A DNA stretch of 64,000 nucleotides from Eledone cirrhosa (GCA_964016885.1 OZ024744.1:49352001-49416000), one strand, 5' to 3'; positions 23,460-37,814 are shown, counted from the first letter of the stretch. The notes: generated by a model not told the origin, from the sequence alone. Translations and numbers: made by a program.

Positions 23460-25480
23460 GGGACGTCACATCTCAGAGTTACCACACTTAATGTTGGCAC
23501 TCTAACAGGTAGATCTGGTGAGATTGCGGAGATGCTGGAGAGAAAGCATGTGGATGTATGTTGTGTGCAAAAGGTGAGATGGAGAGGTGCCTCTGTAAGA
23601 CTAATCACAGGCAAACATCGTATTTATAAGCTTTTCTGGGTGGGTAATGATGATGGGTTAGGTGGAGTGGGCATATTACTGGCTGAGAGATGGATCAATA
23701 AGACAATAGAGGTAGTTAGAGTTAGTAATAGAATAATTAAGCTTAGGTTAGTTGTAGGCAATCATCTCTGACAATCATCTCTGCCTATGCTCCCCAGGCA
23801 GGCCTAGGTAAAGAAAAGAAAGACTGCTTTTACGAGCAACTTTTACAGACAGCCTCAATGACAAAGGACAGAAACATCGTTATGTTAGCAGGGGACTTCA
23901 ATGGACATGTTGGACAGCTCCAGGATGGATACACTGGGGTACATGGTGGGCACGGTTACGGCTCAAGAAATGAAGAAGGAGTGAGGCTTCTTGAGTTTTG
24001 TGATGCAAATGCACTAACCATTTGCAACACTAACATCCAGAAGCCTTGCAACCACCTAATAACCTACAAATCAGGTGAGCACATAAGCCAGATTGACTTC
24101 CTGCTAGTTAGACAGCGAGACAGACAGATGGTGTCAAATACTAAGGCTTACCCTAGGGAAGAATGTACCCCACAGTGTTGGTTAGTCATTAGTGACAACT
24201 CAGTAAGCAAGAGAAAGAATGAGACATACAGGAAGGTGTGGAAAAGAAAGATCTGGAAGCTAAAAGACCTTTCATTAAAATATAAATTTAGCAAAGCCCT
24301 TCAAGATGTGTACAACAAAAAAGAAGACGATTTAGAGTTGTATGACATAGATGATTACTGGAATTTCTTGCATGACAACTTACTGCAGGCTACTGAAGAA
24401 ACTTGTGGTTGGGGCAGATCTTCAACCAGAGAGTGACCTGGTGGTGGAACAGCATGGTAGATAGGGCCATTAGAGACAAAAGACTGGCATGGAATGCTTG
24501 GAAAAATGGTGGGAATAGAGACAGATACACAGGCTCTAAGAGAGAAGCTAGACGTCAAGTGTACTTAGCACGCAGGAAGGCTGAGAGTAGGAGGTTTGCC
24601 AATGAGACGTAGGAGGTTTGAACAGAGACGTGCAGTGTTCCGCAATGCAAGGCAGTGCGTCAGTGCAAATCAGGATGTTGTTGGAGATAAGTGTATCCGG
24701 AATGATGCCGGTGTACTTAGTGTAGAGAATGAATGGGACAGAGAGGAATTATCCCCAGTAGACCCAACAGAGGGATCAGCTATTGAGACTAACGAATATA
24801 GGGTCCAAGAGGCAATTAACGAAATGAAGAATGGTAAGGCTGCTTGGCCATCGGGAATAGTTGCTGAGATGCTGAAGGCTTCAGGAGAAGTAGGCACTAA
24901 ACTAGTTGCATGCATCATTAATCAAGTTATATATGGTGGTGTCATACCCAAAGACTGGTGCAACAGTATTCTCATTGACAAAGAAGGGTTTCTCTCTGCA
25001 TACGAAAGGACGGTTATATGATGCCTGTGTGAGATGCGCGATGATGCATGGTAGTGAGACATGGTTGGCAACTGCAGAGGATATGCGACGGCTGGAGAAA
25101 AATGAAACAAGTATGCTCCATTGGATGTGCAATGTCAATGTGCATGAACAACCAAGCATAGACGAGTTGAGAAAAAAACTGGGTATAAGAGGGATAAGTT
25201 GTGGTGTGCAGGAGAAAAGGCTGAGATGGTATGGACATGTGATGCGCATGAAGGATGACCGTTGGGTAAAGAAGTGCCAAGAAATCCCAGTAGAACGAAG
25301 ACGCTGTAGAGGTAGACCACGTAAAACATGGGCGGAGGTGGTGAGAGCAGACCTCAGATCGCTGAAACTCACCGAGGAGATGACGAAGGACTGTGACAAG
25401 TAGAGAGATGCTGTGCTGAATAGGACCCGTCCAACCCTTGCAAGCAGGGAAAAGCGGATGTAAAATGATGATGATGATGA
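23460..25480 (+). mobile_element. RTE LINE with internal deletion (APE plus partial RT)
   Basis: TLNVGTL, GDFNGHVG, SQIDF, RLRWYGHVMR; (GAT)n tail. Confidence 0.9.
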
Positions 25481-25792
25481 TATATATATATACATATATT
25501 CAGGGAGTGTAACTTGGAGTTACTGTAGGTTCACTCGGGTGAGCACTCGATGTTTAGGTTCACTTCAGTGTCGAGGTTACAAGGGGTCTGAGAGCTGTGG
25601 ATTACAGTGTCAGGTCAGATCGATACAGATTGAACCTTGAGCTGGTCAGTGGTGAAACGCGCATCACCAACCAATAAATGTAATGAAGGAGTAACCAATC
25701 GTCCTTGTATATCTTATTTAACTATATACACATACATATATATAAGAAGAACAAAGTGAAGGTGTTACAATTATGAAATTCATTGATCAGTC

Positions 25793-25880
25793 CTGGTTAC
25801 AATTGTTTCACAAACAGTCAGCTCATGATCCTGGTTAATGTTCCAGACCAGATTCCAGATCTGCCTGATCCTCAGACCAG
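25793..25880 (-). ncRNA. Type I hammerhead motif with extended stem II
   Basis: Minus strand: ctggt CTGAGGA t caggcag...ctgtttg t GAAA caattg TA accag. Confidence 0.72.
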
Positions 25881-26077
25881 TGCTTTCACAACACAAAATC
25901 CAAACTGGATCTGTTGACAAACCAGCGAGTCACAAATAAGTATAAAGAGATTGTCCAATCAGGAGCCCAGAATTTACCAGATGCACATACACCATACAGG
26001 ACAAGTAAACAACCGATATATAGAAACAAATACATATGACTACATACACACATACACACTCACATACCTACACACAC

Positions 26078-26108
<31 letters not shown>

Positions 26109-26115
<7 letters not shown>

Positions 26116-26680
26116 GAATATAAAAGAGAGATAAACACAGATATATACATATATGTGCTCAAATCGTAAGGGACCAGATTTGCATGGGTGAAAAACTACT
26201 AACTATGAACAATAAGGTTTGCCAAACTCAATTTAAAATAATAAATCAAGAAAATAAATACAAACCGATATTGGGGCAACTGCCAGACACCCAGAAAGCT
26301 TTTGGTAATGCTGTTTCCCAATTATAGTGAAGGGTTAGGGTTAAGGTTTTTACACCCACTGATGAGAAAAAGAATTGGTAATTCCGTTCTCTATAATTGC
26401 GAAACAGCATTACCAAAAGCTGTCTGGGTGTCTGGAAGTTGCCCCAATATTCGTTTATATTTATTTTCTTGATTTATTCTTTTAAATTGAGTCTGGTAAA
26501 CCCTATTGTTCATAGTTAGTAGTTTTTTCACCCTAGCGAATCTGGACTTTTACGATTTGAGCACATATATGTATATATCTACGTTTATCTCTCTTTTATA
26601 TTCAATTATATTATACGGCCCGAAAAATCTCTTTCCTTGTAAGAGACTATTTTGAGTTTCTAACTCAATATATAACTTTG
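26109..26680 (+). repeat. About 220-bp-arm diverged inverted repeat plus tail in a TA tract, containing an HHR
   Basis: 26109-26331 versus 26387-26610; tail 26611-26680. Confidence 0.88.
26352..26431 (+). ncRNA. Type I hammerhead ribozyme motif with GUC cleavage triplet
   Basis: acaccca CTGATGA g...c GAAA cagc attaccaaaa gctg TC tgggtgt: 7-bp stem I, 5-bp stem III, G-C closing pair of stem II. Confidence 0.8.
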
Positions 26681-26831
26681 ATATATATATATATATATAC
26701 ATAGAGTGCTGACTTTGGTACCCTCATCAGTTTTCTATGGATTTACTGAACCTTCTGCCCCTATATACATATATATACAACATAGATCTATATATATATA
26801 TACATACATACACATATATATATATATATGT

Positions 26832-26973
26832 AGTGGTAAAAAACTAGGAGGTTATATCCATAGTAAGTAAAGCACACAGAGGACGAGTTCAGTATAGAGT
26901 TAGTTCCACAACAAATTAGCAAACCAAATGCTTGTCCTCAAGTATAGTTTGCTAATAATTTGTTGTGGAACTA

Positions 26974-26978
<5 letters not shown>
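26832..26978 (-). repeat. Small foldback plus tail between TA/CT tracts
   Basis: tagttccacaacaaattagcaaac / gtttgctaataatttgttgtggaacta. Confidence 0.75.
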
Positions 26979-27029
<51 letters not shown>

Positions 27030-27803
27030 AAATGTGCATTTTGGTACACTAGAGATGTAGTGGGATAGCAGGCAAGCTAACAGGTAGGGAAAACTATATA
27101 TGCAGTAGATGTACAGGGAAATTTGACAGTAGAAGTCGCAGTAATAGACGCATTTTTCAAATGCGGGTATGACCTATAGAGGTGGTTGATAGCTTCCGAT
27201 ACCTAGGTGATCAGATTAGTAAGGGAAGAGGGTGTTCCAAGGCCATAGTATCCAGAATAAGGACAGGTTGGAAGAAGTTTAGGGAGCTGCTTCCTTTGTT
27301 GACAAAGAAGGGTTTCTCCCTATGAATGAAAGGATGGTTATATGATGCCTATGTGAGATGCGTGATGCTGCATGGTAGTGAGAAATGGGCAACAACTGGG
27401 GAAGATATGCTACGGCTGGAGAGAAATGAAGCAAGCATGCTCCATTGGATGTGCAATGTCAATGTGTGTGAACGACCAAGCATAGAGGAGTTGAGAGAGA
27501 AACTGTATATAAGAGGGATAGGCTGTAATGTGCGGGAGAGAAGACTGTGCTGGTATGGACATGTGATGCACATGGAGGATGACTGCTGGGTAAAGAAGTG
27601 CCAAGAAATCGCGGTAGAAGGAAGATGCAGTCGAGGAAGACGACAAAAACATAGGCGGAGGAGGTGAGAGCAGACCTCAGATTGATGAAGCTCATGGAAG
27701 AGATGACAAAGGACCATGACAAATGGAAAGATGCCGTGCTTAATAAGACCTATCCCACCCTTGCAAGCAGGGAAAAGCAGACGTAAAATGATGATGATGA
27801 TGA

Positions 27804-27805
<2 letters not shown>
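27030..27805 (+). mobile_element. RTE LINE 3' fragment
   Basis: MLHGSEKWA...RRLCWYGHVM; (GAT)n tail. Confidence 0.88.
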
Positions 27806-27877
<72 letters not shown>

Positions 27878-27881
<4 letters not shown>

Positions 27882-28188
27882 ATACTTTAGGAGGGTCATG
27901 TTGTCAATACAAACACACGTGCCTGTTGGTTTTCACTTTAATTTATTACAAATTTCTGGTTGGTTGGTTGGTTGGTTCGATAACTAGATGGTTGTTTATT
28001 TATTGTCAAAATTCTTTCGTCACACATTCTGTGACCTTGTCAGTAAATGATTTGTTATTTTGTGACTCTCCTTTGTTTCGTCCTACACCATCTTGTTTTT
28101 GTGTGCTGTGTACTTGGTTTGTGCATGTGTTATATCTGAGCGTGTGTGTGTTTTTATTTATTTATTCATGTTTATTTTCTTGTCATTA
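27878..28188 (-). mobile_element. Diverged PLE 3'-end copy (51170-51480 family)
   Basis: Reverse-complement alignment to 51180-51478. Confidence 0.8.
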
Positions 28189-28912
28189 CAAAGGTTCTCA
28201 ACCCATTTCGGCCCTCAAAATCACGAAACGCCCCCTACCCTATTTTTCCATTTTTCAATATACTACGGATTTTAATATCAGTAGATTACTGGGCCAAAGC
28301 AAGTTATGTTAGAATCTTTAAAAAGATCTTTAAAAAATACTCGTACGAATTAAATACAAAAAAGTTTCAGTCCAAAACAAATTATATATTTAAAAAAAAA
28401 AGACGTGAATGTTCTCAAAGATTTGATCTCAGTCGGAAAAGCTTTTTTTTAAAATTCTATATCTCACTGTTAGCTGTAATATTTTGAGTGGATAGACTAT
28501 TCTATAATTCAAACTGTAGAGTTAAAATACAAAAGATGCAAAATATGAAGAAATTCTTACCTTTCTCTTGAATCATAAACTTAAGGGAAAAATAGTACCT
28601 TGCAAAACAAAGAAAGTGCCCCAATCACAAACTAAGTTGCAATGAATGAATTGAGATGCTTGGTGACAGTGAACAAACAATATCTGTATTCCTTATACAT
28701 AGATAAATACACACACACACACACACACAAACAAACTTGTGTGTGTGTCTGTATGTGCCTTGTTTTTGGTACAGAAAGAATTTTGTCTCCAGTTTTTATT
28801 GCTGGGTCAAAGGCCACTGCTCTTCAACAACATCAAATAACAATGCAATATATATATATAACCCATGCTAATGTGGAAGATGGACGTTAAACGAAGATGA
28901 TGATGAAGATGA

Positions 28913-28991
<79 letters not shown>

Positions 28992-29139
28992 GCAGAGACA
29001 GAGAGAGTAAGAACTGTGTGTGTGTGTGCACGTCTATCTATCTCTCCAACAGGGGGCTCAAACATGTGGCCCGCGAACTACTTTTCTATGGCCCGTGGTA
29101 GAACCAATATTTCAGATTCCATTATAACTGGTGAAAATA

Positions 29140-29358
29140 AGGCAGTGGGCTAGTGGAATTGTTAGCACATTTGGCGAAATGCTCAGCGGTACTTCTTCCG
29201 TTTTTACGTTCCGAGTTCAAATTCCGCCGATCTCAACTTTGCCTTTTATCCTTTTGGGGTCGATACATTAAGCACCAGTTGTGAACTGGGATTGATGTAA
29301 TCGACGGGACGCTAAACCCTAAATTTCATGCCTTGTGCCTATAGTAGAAATGATTATA
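29140..29358 (+). mobile_element. SINE with Deu/Nin-like domain
   Basis: B box gagttcaaattc, then caactttgccttttatccttttggggtcgata... Confidence 0.7.
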
Positions 29359-29539
29359 ACTGGTGAAAATCATCACCCACCACCACGTTTGGCCCACTGT
29401 GCCTCTCCTCCAGGACGTAGTGGCCCTTTTATGTCCTTCAGTTTGAGACCCCTCTTCTACACACACGCACACACACATATATATATATATATATATACAC
29501 TTTACTTTTTCCTGTCTCTGGACTACGCCCATGCTGGAG

Positions 29540-29752
29540 CATCACCTTGGTAAGTTATGGGGATGTCAACAAACCAACAAGCATTGGTGGGAGGGCAAAC
29601 ACAAACGCAAAGACACACACAGACATATATACATATATACGACAGGCTTCTTTTAGTTTCGGTCTATCAAATCCACTCACAGGGCTTTGGTCGGCCCGAG
29701 CAGTGGGACTGAACCCGGAAACATGTGGTTGGGAAGCAAGCTTCTTGCCACA
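29540..29752 (-). mobile_element. tRNA-derived SINE
   Basis: Minus strand: gtggcaagaagcttgcttcccaaccacatg.ttccgggttcagtccca. Confidence 0.65.
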
Positions 29753-29756
29753 CTGC

Positions 29757-29959
<203 letters not shown>

Positions 29960-30682
29960 CAAATTAACAATGAAAATAAAAAGAACAAAGTCAAGTTACT
30001 TTATAACTTTGGTTTTTTTTTGTTGTTTTTATTTTTATTGTTAATTTAATACCTAATATCTGACTCTATCTAAAGAATTAATTCAGCGAAACACAGAACT
30101 TCTTTATGGATTTTACAAGATTACATTGAGTTCTATCCAGAGGTAGACCAGATTGAAAAAATAAAATATATATATATATATGTGTAATATATATATATAT
30201 ATATATATGTGTAATATATATATATATATATATATGTGTGTCTGTGTGTATAATATATATATATATTACTCTAAGATTTTATACCTTATCGAGTGCTTGG
30301 CTGCACTTCTGAATGCATTCGTCTGCTTAGCTGCAGCTCGAACTTCGAATATACTGTACTTCCATTTATATATATATATATATAAATCTACATACATATA
30401 TACATACGTACATTTACCTACGTATATGGCTATGCATTTATACATTTGTATATATACATGCATTTATATTTAAGTGTGTAAGGATGTTGACATGATTTAT
30501 GTTTTTTTTTGGTAAGGAGAAAATTTTGACTCCAGATTTTATTACCTAGGGAGATTAAATACCACACCTCTGGCTGAAAGCTGACCAGGTTCTCAACCTC
30601 ATCAAACACCAACACTGGCCTGTGTGTGTATATATGTGTATGTATGTATTTATGTATGTATGTATCTATGTATGCAAAGGGC

Positions 30683-31131
30683 AAAGGAGCTCTTAAGAGT
30701 CAATGGCCATCCAAAATCACCGGGAGAGATGACCCCTTAACCTTTGTCAAGGCAGAATTCTAGGAGAAGGAAAACTCTGATATAACACCTGCAACCCTGA
30801 TCGTATCCAATGATGTTGACTTGTTCTTCTTTTTGGTAAATATCATCTTGGTTAAGAGAGTGGGACTGGCTTTGTGCAGTGCCTTTGCTCACTATAAAAG
30901 CTTCACGGCACAGGCATTGCTTTATATCTGGAGATCTCTCAGCACTTGTCATCACATGGTACCATGGGCCCAGCACTATGTGTCAATAATTGTCACAAGT
31001 GTAGTGTTTGTACCAGAGTTTTCAAGTCGCTGGCTGGACTAAAAAGTCACACTCGTTCAGCGCATCGATAGGGGTTCTCCTACATGGATATAAAGTAGTG
31101 ACCATACTCAAAAACGAGTTGGCAGCCACCA
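30683..31131. repeat. Unclassified interspersed repeat (inverted relative to 36223-36632 and 37815-38400)
   Basis: Three highly similar copies; a related 3' part at ~47780-48015. Confidence 0.85.
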
Positions 31132-32099
31132 TCTATGTATGTATGTATGTACGTATGCATTTGTGTGTATGATTGTATGTATGTATATGTATACACCCAA
31201 TCACCATTGCTTCTTTTTCTTGTCGTTTCTGTTGTTCTTGTAACTGTTGTCAAGGTTGAAGTTGTCCTTATTTTCATTTTCTTTGATTTCTTTCGTTTTT
31301 CTTTTATCTCCCTAGGGAATTCGTTGACAAGCTTCTTTTATTTATTTTCTTCATTCAAATGCATTCACACTGGCTGTCTCAGAGACGTACAAATATGGCT
31401 TATAAAACTTACCTTCTAGCGCCCCCAAAGCTTCAAACGCCCCTTGCTCTAAAACGACCCCCTGAAGCCTCGAAACCCCCCCTCCCCCCGTTGAGAACCT
31501 TTGTTTAGAAAATTTGCCAAATATGGGGTTAGGAGACCCTTCAGTTTGTATCAAAAGACATCACAATGCCTCCTTTGCACTCAATATGACCACATGTAAG
31601 TGGGATACAGATCCCTTGGATATCTGGGAAGTCAGTAGTCCCGCTTGAGTACTAACTTGATCTATGTAGCCCCATCCAACCCTTGCTAAAGTTATATCTG
31701 TATAAATACAGAGTGTGTAACTGAGAATGCACCAACATTTATAAATAGATGAAAACAGAAATTTTATTCAAATTAAATTCACAAAGCTGGCCTAAAAACC
31801 ATTGATAATTACATTAATATGAAAAAAAAGGATAAAAACAAATGAAAAAAGAGGGAAGAGGTAGAGAAGGGCAGATTTGGCTGTATGGGGAAGTAGAGGA
31901 AAGGACTATAAATGCTATAAATGAGAAGAAAGGGAAGAAAGAAGCAAGGACTCTTTAGCCACAGGAGAAAGGAAGGGGGGAAGGGATCTGGGCCTAGGGC
32001 AAGGTGGTGTTTGGGCTGCACCCCGTGGACAAAACTGCAAAGGCATTTCCAGAGACAATGGCCAGTGACACCTGTTGCAAGAGCCATCCCACCTTGCAG

Positions 32100-32325
32100 G
32101 GATCCTTCCTCGATATAGGGTTCAAGGATACTTGAAGTCTCGACAGCGACTAGTACGAAGAGGAAGTGGCTGGACAAGCCTAGGTATTTGTTTGTCTTCC
32201 TGTCCTCTGCATTGAAAGCCACAGTACCGAGGTTTGTGGCCGAAGCAAGTAAGTTGGAGATGAAGAACATGTCACAACATTTGGCATCCCAGATGGGGGA
32301 TTTACCTCCTTCAAATGGGACACGT
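32100..32325 (-). mobile_element. CRE-clade LINE C-terminal (RLE) fragment
   Basis: PFEGGKSPIWDAKCCD...AFNAEDRKTNKYLGL...FVLVAVETS. Confidence 0.7.
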
Positions 32326-33469
32326 ATCTAGTATGCTGTCATGTAAACATGCCAGAAAACATGAATTTTCCTGTAAATTGAAAAAATGATAAACATCTTT
32401 AAATGGCAGACATGTATATGATTCAATCAACCATGAGAAAACAGGTATTTGAAGGGTATATATACCCATTAATATGAAACGGACATACTAATTTGCATAT
32501 AATTAGTGTTCGTGTTGATAATTAATTAGCATATATAGTAAGAAGTGCACTAGCAGCCAAAGTATATGATAAAGTCATATCTGTATAAATACAGAGTGTG
32601 TAACTGAGACTGCATCAGTGAGTATATTTTTATAGATATGTCTAACATGCAGACATGTAAACATGCCAGAAAACATGTATTTCCATGTAAACTGAAAAAA
32701 ATAAACATCAATTTTCAGATTTTACTGGACCCTCATCAAATGTGTATATTGTCCTATCAACCACAAGGAAACATGAAAAAGTGAGATGTGATGTTCAATT
32801 CTACACTAGCCACCTTTTTCCTTCCATAGGGGTATTTTACCCAATTTCTAAGCTATTATTTATAGCAACTGACTGTGTTTACAGTTATTTTCAATGTCTG
32901 AGATTCCTACACATTCTATGAATGCATAAATATAGTTACCCTTTCACACAAACACAAGCACACACACAGACACAATATAAACACTTTAACCATTTTGATG
33001 TTCTATTTCTAATAAAAGACACTTTCCCTTCAAATCATTTTGAAAATAATCAAGAATATGAACAGACAGATATATATTTGTCTAGCCGTCCAAAATATTA
33101 ATACATCTTTCAATCAAATAGCTGAAAGTATTTAGTGTTGTGGTTATATTCAATCTAATATTTTATATATTTATTTTATTTCATGTACTATTTAGTCTTT
33201 AAAAGCTTTAGTACAAAAACATCGACTTATATTTGTCTGCCAAATTTTGGATTAAAACTAAATCTACACCTGGCCTTTCTAAAGCTCTCTGTCTATGTAA
33301 AGACATATGTATATGTATATACATCTGTGTATAAATATGAGTGCATGTATATATGCTAGCATGGAAAAATGGACGGTGATGATGAGGATGATATATATAT
33401 ATACGTGTGTGTGAGGTTTATAAATATGATATATATATATATATGCATAAATATATGCATACGTATCTG

Positions 33470-33501
<32 letters not shown>

Positions 33502-33660
33502 CATATACTTATATATATGTATATATACATATTTATTTTATATGGAAATGATTTCTACAGGATTAGAAGAGTTTCATTTGTATGAAATCAACAGGAAAGT
33601 GAGATTTCTTTAGAGTGTGTGTGTGTATATATATATATGTGTGTGCCTGTGTGTATATAT

Positions 33661-33699
<39 letters not shown>

Positions 33700-33749
33700 C
33701 ACACACACACACATGCAAACGTGTATATACATATATCTATATCATAATC

Positions 33750-35690
33750 ATTATCATCGTTTTTTATGTTTGTTTTCCTACACTTGGGTTGTATGTGTCC
33801 TTTTCAGTTCAGCATCTCTTCACTTGCTGCGTTCCTTCATCATTTCCTCTGTGAGTCTTAGTGATCTGAGATCAGCTCTCACCACCTCTGCCCAGGACTT
33901 CCTTGATCTATATCAAGTGCAGCTCCCCCTACTGGGATTTTTTGGCACTTCTTCACCCAGCAATCATTATTCATGTGTATCACATGTCTGTACCAATGCA
34001 GTCTTCTCTCTTGTACACCACTTCAGATTCCTTTTAAACCCACTTTCTCCTTTAGTTCATCTAAGCTCTGCTTTTCTCTCATACTTACATTACACATCCA
34101 ACAAAGCATGGTTGCTTCATTTCTCTCAAGTCTACACGTGTCCTCTGCAGTCACAACCCATGTTTCATTACCATGCAGCAGTGCACATCACACACAGATA
34201 TCATACAGCCATCCTTTTGTACATAGGGATAAACCTTTTGTTGTCAACAGTGGGAGTAGCTTTCTAAACTTCTTCCATCCTATCCTTATTTTAGCTATTA
34301 TGCTTTCAGAGCACCCTCCTTCCTTTCTACTTAAGTCACTTAGATAACTGAAACTATCAACCACTTCTATGGACCCTTATTGTGATTGGAATAGGCTTAT
34401 ATCACTGACACTCTTCCCCCTGATTACTCCTGTACATATTCTACATACAAAGTCTTCCCTTCCTGTTAGTCTACCTGTTATCCAACTATATCTCTTGTGT
34501 ACCCAAGATTTACATTGTGTACACTGTATAGAGTTTAAGCCTCTCCTTTTCTACATATTGAGCAGGGCCACTTCCCTGGGGGAATCAGAGTTCAATCTTT
34601 TTGTCTACTCACTAGCACTTTAGTTTTGATTAAGTTTACTCTCAGACCTTTTGATTCCAAATTCAGTTTCCATAGTTGGAACTTATTCTCTAGTTCTTTT
34701 ATAGAATCAGCTAAAATGACCAAATCATCCACATAAAGAAGCTCCCATGGACATCCAATCTTAAACTCCTCTATTGTGGCCTGGAGAACTATGACAAATA
34801 GTAGAAGGCTAAGAACTGAACCTTGATGAACTCCTACCTGTACCTTGAATTACTCACTAAACTCACTTCCTACTCTCACTTTACTGACAGCTCCTCTGTA
34901 TATGGCTTGTGCTGCTCTCACCAACCATTCTTCTACACTTAATATCCTTAAGGACCACCAGATATTAGATTGTGGCACTCTGATAAAGGCCTTTTCTAGA
35001 TCAACAAAAGCTAAATATAGTGGTTTATTCTTGGCTAGGAATTTCTCTTGCAGTTGGCTTACTAAAATGAAGGCATCTGTAGTACTTTTCCGATACATGA
35101 AACCAAATTTTATTCGTCTAATTTGACTCTTTCTCTAATTAGTTGCACTATAACTCTTTCAAACACTTTCATAACATGGTCCATTAGTTTTATTCCTCTA
35201 TAGTTGCTCCTCTCTAGGGCATTACCTTTACCCTTGTAGTAATTTATGTTTGTACTGCTGCGCCAAGCATTGGGTATGACTCAGTCCTGTATTACTTGAT
35301 TGATTACGTGGGCTACTAGTTTGATACCTATTTCTCCTGATGTTTTTAACCTCTTAGCAGTTATATCTGATGGTCTGCAGCTTTACCATTTTTCATCTCT
35401 TTATTTGCTTCTTTAACCCTATAACTGTCAACTTCAATGCCTGGCCCTTCAGTTGGGTGGGTTGTGGGTAGTCTCTTTTCTTCCCATTTATTCCCTACAT
35501 TCATCAGTCTCTCATAGAATATTTCCAGGCCTCTTTCTTTTGAGCCTCACTTGTGTTAAATACACTTGTGCCGTTTATAACACACTTTTCCCCAACAACA
35601 TCCTGATTCACACAGATGCACTGCCTTGCAATGTAGAACACCACATGTCTCTGATCCTGAAGTCTCAAAACACTGGCAAATTTTCTTTGT
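33750..35690 (-). mobile_element. Decayed RTE LINE
   Basis: KSTTDAFILVSQLQEKFLAKNKPLYLAFVDLEKAF. Confidence 0.88.
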
Positions 35691-36125
35691 ATATATAGCA
35701 TGGGTTAGTCAAGTTGTACTGTTGTGCGCAATGCCAGGTTAGGAGACCATGTCATGCTCCTAAAGGTTGGTTTCTACAGCTGAATACCCTTCCTAATGCT
35801 AACCACATATACAGTCAGTACTGGATGCTTTTTATCATGAAACCTACATGACCACTTTACAGTGTGGGCTGGATGCTTTTTGTTGTGACACCTACATGAC
35901 CACTTTACAGTGTGGGCTGGGCACTTCTCTAGATCTATGCTTCAAGACTGAATCATACATCTAGTAAAGCCTCCAGCTCACACTGTAAAGTGGTCATGAT
36001 GGTGACATGACAAAAAGCATCCAGCCCACACTGTAAAGTGGTCGTGTATATTTATATATTTACATACATATATATACACACACATATATACATACATATA
36101 CACACACACACATATATACATACAT

Positions 36126-36178
<53 letters not shown>

Positions 36179-36222
36179 TTTGTATATATATATACATATA
36201 TATATACATACATATATATATA

Positions 36223-36632
36223 GTGGCTGCCAACTCGTTTTCGAGTACGGCCACTACTTTATATCCATGTAGGAGAACTCCTACCGATGCGCTGAACGAG
36301 TGTGACATTTTAGTCCAGCTAGCTACTTGAAAACTCTGGTACAAACACTACACCTGTGACAATTATTGACACATAGTGCTGGGCCCATGGTTCCATGTGA
36401 CGACAAGTGCAGAGAGATCTCCAGATATAAAGCAATGCCTGTGCCGTGAAGCTTTTATAGTGAGCAAAGGCACTGCACAAAGCCAGTCCCACTCTCTTAA
36501 CCAAGATGATATTTACCAAAAAGAAGAACAAGTCAACATCATTGGATACCATCAGGGTTGCAGGTGTTATATCAGAGTTTTCCTTCTCCTAGAATTCTGC
36601 CTTTACAAAGGCTAAGGGGTCATCTCTCCCGG
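36223..36632. repeat. Unclassified interspersed repeat copy
   Basis: Matches 37815-38202 and, inverted, 30720-31131. Confidence 0.85.
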
Positions 36633-36682
36633 GCATATATATATATACATATATATACATACACACATATATATACATATAT

Positions 36683-36898
36683 ATATTTATTAAAATAACA
36701 GATTAAAGTTTAACCAAAGAATTGCTGCTTTCACCCTTAATGGAAGATCCCGTTAAGGGTGAAAGCAGCGATTCTGTGCTTAAACTTTAATCTGTTATTT
36801 CAATAAATATTTGCTCTATGGTTCTTATATAGTTGATATATATTTATCCTTATCGAGCCCTCTTTGGATTTTAGTCTTCACATTTATTATTATTACTA
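36683..36898 (+). mobile_element. Minimal foldback derived from the Naiad 3' terminus
   Basis: 36744-36898 aligns with 61196-61349; 36683-36743 is its inverted arm; flanked by TA tracts. Confidence 0.9.
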
Positions 36899-36912
36899 TA
36901 TATATATATATA

Positions 36913-37248
36913 TCATCATCATCATTTTACGTCCACTTTTCCCTGCTTGCAAGGGTGGGACGGGAACTGATACTGGCTTGATTTCTATAGCTTCCTAACA
37001 CCAACCTCATTTACAGTGAGTGCTGGGTGCTTTTTTGCCGTGGCACCTCCATGACCACTTTGCAGTGGAATGATAGGGACCACAGTCCCTATCATCTCAT
37101 TTCTACAGCTGAGTAAACTGGAGCAATGTGAAATAAAGTCTCTTGCGCAAGGAAACAACACATCAACAGGTCCGAGAATTGAACTCACAACCCTCACAAC
37201 CTTTCGATTCCAAGGCCAATGTTCTAACCACTAAGCTATATGCCTCCA
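36913..37248 (-). mobile_element. tRNA-SINE (19568 family)
   Basis: Reverse-complement match to 19568-19912. Confidence 0.85.
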
Positions 37249-37270
37249 TCGTTATATATATATATATATA

Positions 37271-37785
37271 TAGGCAGACCTAGAAAAACCTGGGACGAGC
37301 TGATAAACTCCGACATCACACACTTACACTTCTCCAAGACAATGTCACTGGACCGAGACCTTTGGCGGTACTCAGTAACAGAGAAGACCCGCCTTACCTA
37401 AATATATAGTAAAACCTACTCCAGCCAGTAGGCATCTCTAACAAAATACACCCCCCCCCCACCCCATCCACACCACCCCGTTCTATGTAAAGTTATGTTG
37501 GTGCCACACCATCCAGGCCGAAACAAATGAGATCGTGTAGGTGTCACGACAAAAAAACACACAGTCCACGCTGTAATGTGGCCGTGTAGGCAACACGGTA
37601 ATAACCTCCCAGACCCACACTGTAAATGTGGTTGGTGTTAGGAAGGGCATCCAACTGTAGAAAACCTGCCAGACAGTCCTATGCGAGCAAGACAATCACT
37701 CTTGCCTCAAGTGGGACTACCCCCGTCCAAACCCATGCAAGCGTGGAACACGGACGTTAAACGCTGATGATGATGATGATGATGA
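37271..37785 (+). mobile_element. RTE LINE 3' end
   Basis: Near-identical to 45913-46435. Confidence 0.9.
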
Positions 37786-37814
37786 TATATATATATATAT
37801 ATATATATATACAT

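Noticed and set aside
25630-25680. HHR 3' half gaaacgcgcatc followed by AATAAA
   Set aside because: No convincing CTGANGA core or stem I found upstream.
31688-32710. Short duplicated blocks around the CRE fragment
   Set aside because: Old local tandem duplication with no functional signal.
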